Positions 58,806 through 64,000 of a stretch of 64,000 nt of DNA are shown here, one piece after another; position 1 is the first letter of the stretch; each line of letters opens with the position of its first letter. The stretch covers positions 4,479 through 68,478 of the forward strand of contig JBELHW010000004.1 in NCBI GenBank assembly GCA_042091225.1. The letters run 5' to 3'. Both the position numbers and the translations under genes were made by a program. The notes below the pieces were generated by a model. That model was not told the DNA's origin. It was given only the letters and a program-made list of their open reading frames with translations, and did not search any database. The DNA is from Cryomorphaceae bacterium. Its GTDB lineage: Bacteria; Bacteroidota; Bacteroidia; Flavobacteriales; UBA7312.

Positions 58806-59780
58806 ATGAGTGTGATTAATCAAATAAAATTTCCTATTGAAAAAGAAATGCTTCTTTTTGAAAAAAAATTCAAAGAGTCGATGGGGAGTTCCGTTCCTTT
58901 ACTTGATACAATTACCCATTATATTATTAAAAGAAAAGGAAAGCAAATGAGACCAATGTTTGTTTTTCTGTGTGGCAAGTTATTTGGTAAAATTGATGAA
59001 AGCACCTATAGAGCAGCAGCCTTAATTGAATTGCTTCATACCGCTACATTAGTACATGATGATGTTGTTGATGATGCAAATTTAAGACGTGGCTTTTTTT
59101 CAATAAATGCAATTTGGAAAAATAAAATTGCCGTTTTAGTCGGCGACTTCTTGCTTTCTAAAGGCCTTTTACTATCCTTAGAAAATAAAGATTATTCCTT
59201 ATTGCAAATTGTATCAAATGCAGTTAAAGAAATGAGTGAAGGAGAGCTTCTTCAGATTGAAAAAGCTAGAAAATTAGATATTGAAGAATCGATTTATTTT
59301 GAAATTATTCGAAAAAAAACGGCAACCTTAATTGCTGCATGTTGTGCTTGTGGAGCAAGTGCATCAAAGCAAGATCAAGAAGTAATTGAAAAAATGCAAA
59401 AATTTGGAGAATTAGCTGGAATAGCTTTTCAAATGAAAGACGACCTATTCGACTACTACAACAACGATATAATAGGAAAGCCAACAGGTATAGATATAAA
59501 AGAACAAAAAATGACCTTACCGCTTATTTATACACTAAATAAAGTGAGCAAAGGAGATAAGAAATTTATAATTAAAACTATAAAGAACCATAATACTAAT
59601 CTTGAAAGAGTATCAAAAGTATTAGATATTGTTAAAAGCAATGGAGGAATTGAATATACCGTTGAAAAAATGAAGCAATATCAGCAAAATGCTCTAAAAA
59701 TTCTACATACATTTGAAGACAATGATTCAAGACATTCTTTAGAATTACTTGTAAATTACGTCATTGATAGAAAAAAATGA
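58806..59780 (+). CDS. long-chain polyprenyl diphosphate synthase (IspB-like, quinone side chain)
   Basis: GKQMRP, LLHTATLVHDDVVDD (first DDxxD), FQMKDDLFD (second), and an N-terminal helix typical of octaprenyl/solanesyl synthases. Confidence 0.85.
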   Translation: MSVINQIKFPIEKEMLLFEKKFKESMGSSVPLLDTITHYIIKRKGKQMRPMFVFLCGKLFGKIDESTYRAAALIELLHTATLVHDDVVDDANLRRGFFSINAIWKNKIAVLVGDFLLSKGLLLSLENKDYSLLQIVSNAVKEMSEGELLQIEKARKLDIEESIYFEIIRKKTATLIAACCACGASASKQDQEVIEKMQKFGELAGIAFQMKDDLFDYYNNDIIGKPTGIDIKEQKMTLPLIYTLNKVSKGDKKFIIKTIKNHNTNLERVSKVLDIVKSNGGIEYTVEKMKQYQQNALKILHTFEDNDSRHSLELLVNYVIDRKK

Positions 59781-61720
59781 TTGATAATCAAACAAAAGAT
59801 TTAATTATAGAAACTTCTCGTATTGAGGAGGTTGTTTCAGATTTTATCGTTCTCAAAAAAAGAGGCGTAAACTTTATAGGAAACTGCCCTTTTCATGACG
59901 AGAAAACACCTTCTTTTACTGTTTCACCAGCAAAAGGTATTTATAAATGTTTTGGCTGTGGTAAAGGAGGATTTTCAGTCAACTTCGTAATGGAGCATGA
60001 GCAAATGGATTTCCCTAGTGCACTCCGTTTTTTAGCAAAAAAGTATAATATAGAAGTTGAGGAAAGAAAATTAACACCAGAAGAATTAGAAAAATCAAAC
60101 AAGAGAGAGTCTCTTCTGGTAGTTACTAATTATGCTAATGAATTTTTTCAAAAGCAACTACACCAAACCAAAGAAGGAAAAGCAATTGGACTCTCTTACT
60201 TTAAAGAAAGAGATGTTAGTGCTGAAATGATAACAAAATTTCAATTAGGATATAACCCCAATAGTTGGGATGCTTTTACTAAACAAGCTCTTTCTGACTC
60301 CTACAAAAAAGAATTTTTAAAAGATTCGGGATTAACTATCTATAACGGAAATAAAGCCTTTGACCGGTTTAAAGGAAGAGTAATGTTTCCAATCCATAGT
60401 ATTTCGGGTAAAGTTTTAGGATTTGGAGGGAGAATTTTACAACAAGAAAAAAATAGTGCTAAATATGTTAACTCTCCCGAGAGTGATATTTATCATAAAA
60501 GTAATGTCCTTTATGGAATCTATTTTGCTAAGCAACAAATTATAAAAAAAGATAATTGTTATTTAGTTGAGGGCTATACAGATGTTATCTCAATGCATCA
60601 AGTGGGAATTGAAAATGTGGTGGCTTCGTCAGGAACAGCTCTTACAAGCAACCAAATAAAGCTTATTGATCGATTCACCAAAAATATTACCATTCTATTT
60701 GATGGCGATTCTGCAGGAATCAAAGCATCGTTTAGAGGTATTGATTTAATTCTTCAAGCCGGAATGAACGTAAAAATCATTCTTTTCCCTGACGGAGAAG
60801 ACCCAGATAGCTTTAGCAAAAAACATGGAGAATTAAAAACTCAGGAATTTATAACAAAAAATGCAAAAGATTTCTTGAGTTTTAAAATTGAACTTTTAAA
60901 ACAAGAGGTTGGTAATGATCCTGTAAAAAAAGTTGGAATGATAAAAGAGATAGTGAAATCTCTAGCTCTTATTCCAGACTCCATAACCCAACAAGTTTAT
61001 ATAAAAGAAAGTAGTAAATTATTAGAAATTAGCGAACAAGAGATACTTAAAGAAATTAGAAACTCTAAGTCTAATATTCTGAAAAGACCTAAAAAGACAG
61101 AAGAAAAAACAGGTGATAAACCATTAAATAAAGTAAAAGCTAAAACGTATCATCAAGAGCAAAATATAATCCGATTTCTATTAAGTTATGGAGTTAAGGA
61201 GATAGAATTTCTTGATGTTATAGAAGAGGAAAGCGAAGGAGGATTTAAGCGTACTAGAGAAGAAAAATATAGCACAAGCGTTGCTCAGTTCATTTTAGAG
61301 GAGTTAGACGAGGAAGGAGTTCATTTTGATGATCCTGATTTTCAATTTATTTTTAACACTTTTCAAACTTATTTTAAAAAAGGAGAAATTATAGATCAAG
61401 CTTATTTTCTAAAGCACAACCAGAATAATATAAGTCAGACTTCTGTTAATACTATCTTTTCTAAATATACTTTAAGCGAGCAATGGAAAGAAAAACATGG
61501 AATACATACCGTCACTGAAGATATGCAACTAAAATTAGCAGTTGAATCTGCTATTTATGCTTTTAAAATTATTAAAATTGAAGTTGCTATTGACAAACAG
61601 AGAGAAAAATTAGAGAACTTAGCAATTGATGAACAAATTGAAGTAATGAAAATAATCCACACATATCTTCAAATAAAAAAGGAGATATCTAAAAAATTAG
61701 GTAGAATAATTCTTAAATAA
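59777..61720 (+). CDS. dnaG: DNA primase
   Basis: Zinc finger CPFHDEKTPSFTVSPAKGIYKCFGCGKGG. Toprim EGYTDVIS followed by FDGDSAG. ATGA overlap with the upstream gene. Confidence 0.95.
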   Translation: MIDNQTKDLIIETSRIEEVVSDFIVLKKRGVNFIGNCPFHDEKTPSFTVSPAKGIYKCFGCGKGGFSVNFVMEHEQMDFPSALRFLAKKYNIEVEERKLTPEELEKSNKRESLLVVTNYANEFFQKQLHQTKEGKAIGLSYFKERDVSAEMITKFQLGYNPNSWDAFTKQALSDSYKKEFLKDSGLTIYNGNKAFDRFKGRVMFPIHSISGKVLGFGGRILQQEKNSAKYVNSPESDIYHKSNVLYGIYFAKQQIIKKDNCYLVEGYTDVISMHQVGIENVVASSGTALTSNQIKLIDRFTKNITILFDGDSAGIKASFRGIDLILQAGMNVKIILFPDGEDPDSFSKKHGELKTQEFITKNAKDFLSFKIELLKQEVGNDPVKKVGMIKEIVKSLALIPDSITQQVYIKESSKLLEISEQEILKEIRNSKSNILKRPKKTEEKTGDKPLNKVKAKTYHQEQNIIRFLLSYGVKEIEFLDVIEEESEGGFKRTREEKYSTSVAQFILEELDEEGVHFDDPDFQFIFNTFQTYFKKGEIIDQAYFLKHNQNNISQTSVNTIFSKYTLSEQWKEKHGIHTVTEDMQLKLAVESAIYAFKIIKIEVAIDKQREKLENLAIDEQIEVMKIIHTYLQIKKEISKKLGRIILK

Positions 61721-61721
61721 T

Positions 61722-63413
61722 CTATCTTATATCTTTTAATCGGAGTTGTAATGACACAACTCCATTCCATTCATTTTCTTCAATACAATAGCAAATATCA
61801 AATAACTGTTTGTTTGTTGTTGAGTCAATTTTTGTTGCCATCCCAAAACCTACAGCATTTATTTGGTTACTATTCTTTGAATCTGTAATTATTAATTTTA
61901 AATGTGTTTTGTCTTTCCCAATAACTTTAGCAAAGCCATTATCTAAAATATTTTCCGTTGCAAACACTGGCCTACTATTTGAAGGACCAAATGGAGCCAT
62001 TTGCTTAAGAAGTCTATAGGTTTTATGATCAATGTTATCAAACTCAAGAACATTATCAATAACTATTTCTGGTTGTAGCTGATCTTTAGTAATTGTCTGA
62101 CTTACTGCTTGTTCAAAGGCATCAACAAACCGATTTAAATTATCTTTTTTAATAGACAAGCCAGCGGCATATTTATGTCCCCCAAATTGTTCTACTAAAT
62201 CTGCGCAAGCATTTATTGCGTTGTAAACATCAAAGCCAGAAACAGAACGAGCTGATCCTACTAAAAACCCATTATTTTCAGTGAAAATAATGGTTGGTCT
62301 ATAAAAATGTTCGATTACTCTAGATGCAACAATACCAATAACACCTTTGTGCCAATTAGAATTAAACAAAACGGAAGATTTTTTATTTGGCAATACCATT
62401 TGAAGTGCTTCTTCTGTTATAGAAGAGTCTAATTCTTTTCTAGTAATATTATTTAATTCTATTAATTGAGCTAATTCTAATGCTCTTGAATAATCTTTTT
62501 CAATTAATAATTCAACGGCTTTTTTGGCATGATCTATCCTGCCTGCAGCATTAATTCTTGGTGCTAATCCGAAAACTACATCAGAAATAAGGTATTCTTC
62601 TTTTCTTCTTTGGCTAGACGACATTAAAGCTTTTAGCCCAGTTCTTGGACTACTATTAATTTGCTTTAAGCCATAAAAAGCCATAACTCTATTTTCTCCA
62701 GTAATAGGAACAATGTCAGCAGCAATAGAAACCGCAAGTAAATCCATTAAATGAGCAATTTGATTAAACTCTATGTTCTGATTAAAGCAATATGCCTGAA
62801 TTAATTTAAAGCCAACACCACAACCAGAAAGTTCACTATAGGGGTAATTACAATCTTCTCTTTTAGGATCTAAAACAGCAACAGCATCAGGCAATTTTTT
62901 TCCAGGTCTGTGGTGGTCACAAATAATAAAATCAATATTATTTTGATTTGCATAATCAACCTTGTCCACTGCCTTAATGCCACAGTCTAATGAAATAACC
63001 AAAGTGTAGTCATGCTTTTTAGCATAGTCTATTCCTTTAAAAGATATACCATAACCTTCATTATACCTGTCAGGGATATAATAAGAAACATTAGCTTTTA
63101 TTTGCTCCAAAAAAATAAACATCATAGAAACTGATGTAGTACCATCAACGTCATAATCTCCGTAAACTAATATTTTTTCATTATTTAATATCGCTTTATG
63201 AAGCCTGTCAACAGCAAGACTCATGTCTTTCATTAAAAAAGGATCGTGAAGATGTGTTATCTCAGGTCTAAAAAACAACTTTGCTTGCTCAAAATTATTT
63301 ATACCACGTTGAACTAATAATCTTGCAATAATAGTTGGCACTCCTAAACTATTCTTTAAAGATTGTACAAGCTCTATATTAGGTTCGGCTTTTAAGCTCC
63401 ACTTAGCTGTCAT
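61722..63413 (-). CDS. recJ: single-stranded-DNA-specific exonuclease RecJ
   Basis: DHH motifs: VYGDYDVDGTTS, SLDCG, ICDHHRP. DHHA1 block GGHKYAAG. Confidence 0.95.
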   Translation of the reverse strand: MTAKWSLKAEPNIELVQSLKNSLGVPTIIARLLVQRGINNFEQAKLFFRPEITHLHDPFLMKDMSLAVDRLHKAILNNEKILVYGDYDVDGTTSVSMMFIFLEQIKANVSYYIPDRYNEGYGISFKGIDYAKKHDYTLVISLDCGIKAVDKVDYANQNNIDFIICDHHRPGKKLPDAVAVLDPKREDCNYPYSELSGCGVGFKLIQAYCFNQNIEFNQIAHLMDLLAVSIAADIVPITGENRVMAFYGLKQINSSPRTGLKALMSSSQRRKEEYLISDVVFGLAPRINAAGRIDHAKKAVELLIEKDYSRALELAQLIELNNITRKELDSSITEEALQMVLPNKKSSVLFNSNWHKGVIGIVASRVIEHFYRPTIIFTENNGFLVGSARSVSGFDVYNAINACADLVEQFGGHKYAAGLSIKKDNLNRFVDAFEQAVSQTITKDQLQPEIVIDNVLEFDNIDHKTYRLLKQMAPFGPSNSRPVFATENILDNGFAKVIGKDKTHLKLIITDSKNSNQINAVGFGMATKIDSTTNKQLFDICYCIEENEWNGVVSLQLRLKDIR

Positions 63414-64000
63414 TATTTTGATTCATTATGTGGGTTTGTACCAATACGGAATGTTTATGTATTAATTCGAATAACTCTGAAATCATCTTGTTATCAATTT
63501 TTTTTGAATTCGCCCATTCTTGCCTTGTTTTTATAATTTCAAACCACCTATGTATTTGAAGAATAGTAACTCCGTTTTCTTTTTTAAATTGGCCAATTTC
63601 TTTGACTAAATCAGTTCTTTTTCCAATTGTATCAACTAACTCTTTGTCTATAGCATCAATCTTTTGACGTATTTCGTTTAGCTGATCTTTGAAGTTCGGA
63701 TTTTGAGTTTTCTCAGTTCTTAGGACTAATGATTGTATTAAGCTATTTAGCTGATCTGGTTTGATTTGTTGTTTTGCATCGCTTAAAGCAACTTTAGGGT
63801 TATAATGGGTTTCGATCATTAATCCGTCCATATCCAAATCCATAGCAGTTTGGGAAACTTCATGTATCATGTTTGGTGTACCAGAAATATGGCTAGGATC
63901 GCATATAATTGGCAATTCAGGGTGCAATCTTTTTAATTTTATGGCTAATTCCCATTTAGGTTCATTTCTGAAAACAGACTGCTCTAGAGTGAAAAACCCA
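63403..64000 (-). CDS. bifunctional 3-deoxy-7-phosphoheptulonate synthase / chorismate mutase type II, C-terminal part (5' end outside window)
   Basis: The frame stays open to the window edge: GFFTLEQSVFRNEPKWELAIKLKRLHPELPIICDPSH, the DAHP-synthase KDSA-like core. A chorismate-mutase helix (IRQKIDAIDKELVDTIGKR) follows. The start at 63927 in the ORF track is an internal TTG. Confidence 0.85.
   Translation of the reverse strand, partial: GFFTLEQSVFRNEPKWELAIKLKRLHPELPIICDPSHISGTPNMIHEVSQTAMDLDMDGLMIETHYNPKVALSDAKQQIKPDQLNSLIQSLVLRTEKTQNPNFKDQLNEIRQKIDAIDKELVDTIGKRTDLVKEIGQFKKENGVTILQIHRWFEIIKTRQEWANSKKIDNKMISELFELIHKHSVLVQTHIMNQNNDS

Overview
AT-rich (roughly one-third G+C by eye), very gene-dense chromosomal segment of a Bacteroidota bacterium, probably Flavobacteriia-like. 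Lineage markers are T9SS type-B cargo with a PorP/SprF partner, an HU-like/SPOR protein, a DUF3098-uppP pair, and TAnnTTTG -7 promoter boxes. I call about 59 protein genes, one tRNA-Ser(GGA), six intrinsic terminators and about 20 candidate -7 boxes. Content is mostly housekeeping. It includes a TCA module (sucA, sucB); a translation block (rplM-rpsI, rpsB-tsf-pyrH-frr, rbfA, leuS); RNA modification (truB, queA, rlmN, dusB, an RluF-like synthase); isoprenoid genes (ispG, ispD, uppP, two polyprenyl synthases); DNA metabolism (dnaG, recJ, dprA); envelope functions (kdsB, GT9, MsbA-like and LolE-like transporters, ftsX, ExbB/ExbD, a TonB-dependent receptor); and amino-acid metabolism (gdhA, kbl, ansA, kynA, DAHP synthase/chorismate mutase, murI). 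Accessory-like content is limited to two large T9SS type-B cargo proteins, one in a cargo-PorP/SprF-PorE-like operon, and a short scar of gene fragments next to tRNA-Ser. I found no CRISPR array, IS or transposase, prophage, toxin-antitoxin pair or recognisable defence gene, and no convincing new multi-gene system. The points most worth a second look are below. (1) dprA is interrupted by a single in-frame TAG while both halves remain conserved. (2) Several -7 boxes sit only 4-7 nt from start codons, implying leaderless mRNAs, including a 25-bp divergent intergenic region that is one perfect palindrome of two -7 boxes. (3) An RND/MMPL exporter, rfbA and a polyprenyl synthase are tightly packed (one ATGA overlap, one 1-nt spacer) behind frr. 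(4) A truncated integrase fragment lies beside tRNA-Ser. (5) An M23 peptidase carries HxC instead of HxH. All functional calls rest on motif recognition by eye; no database search was run.
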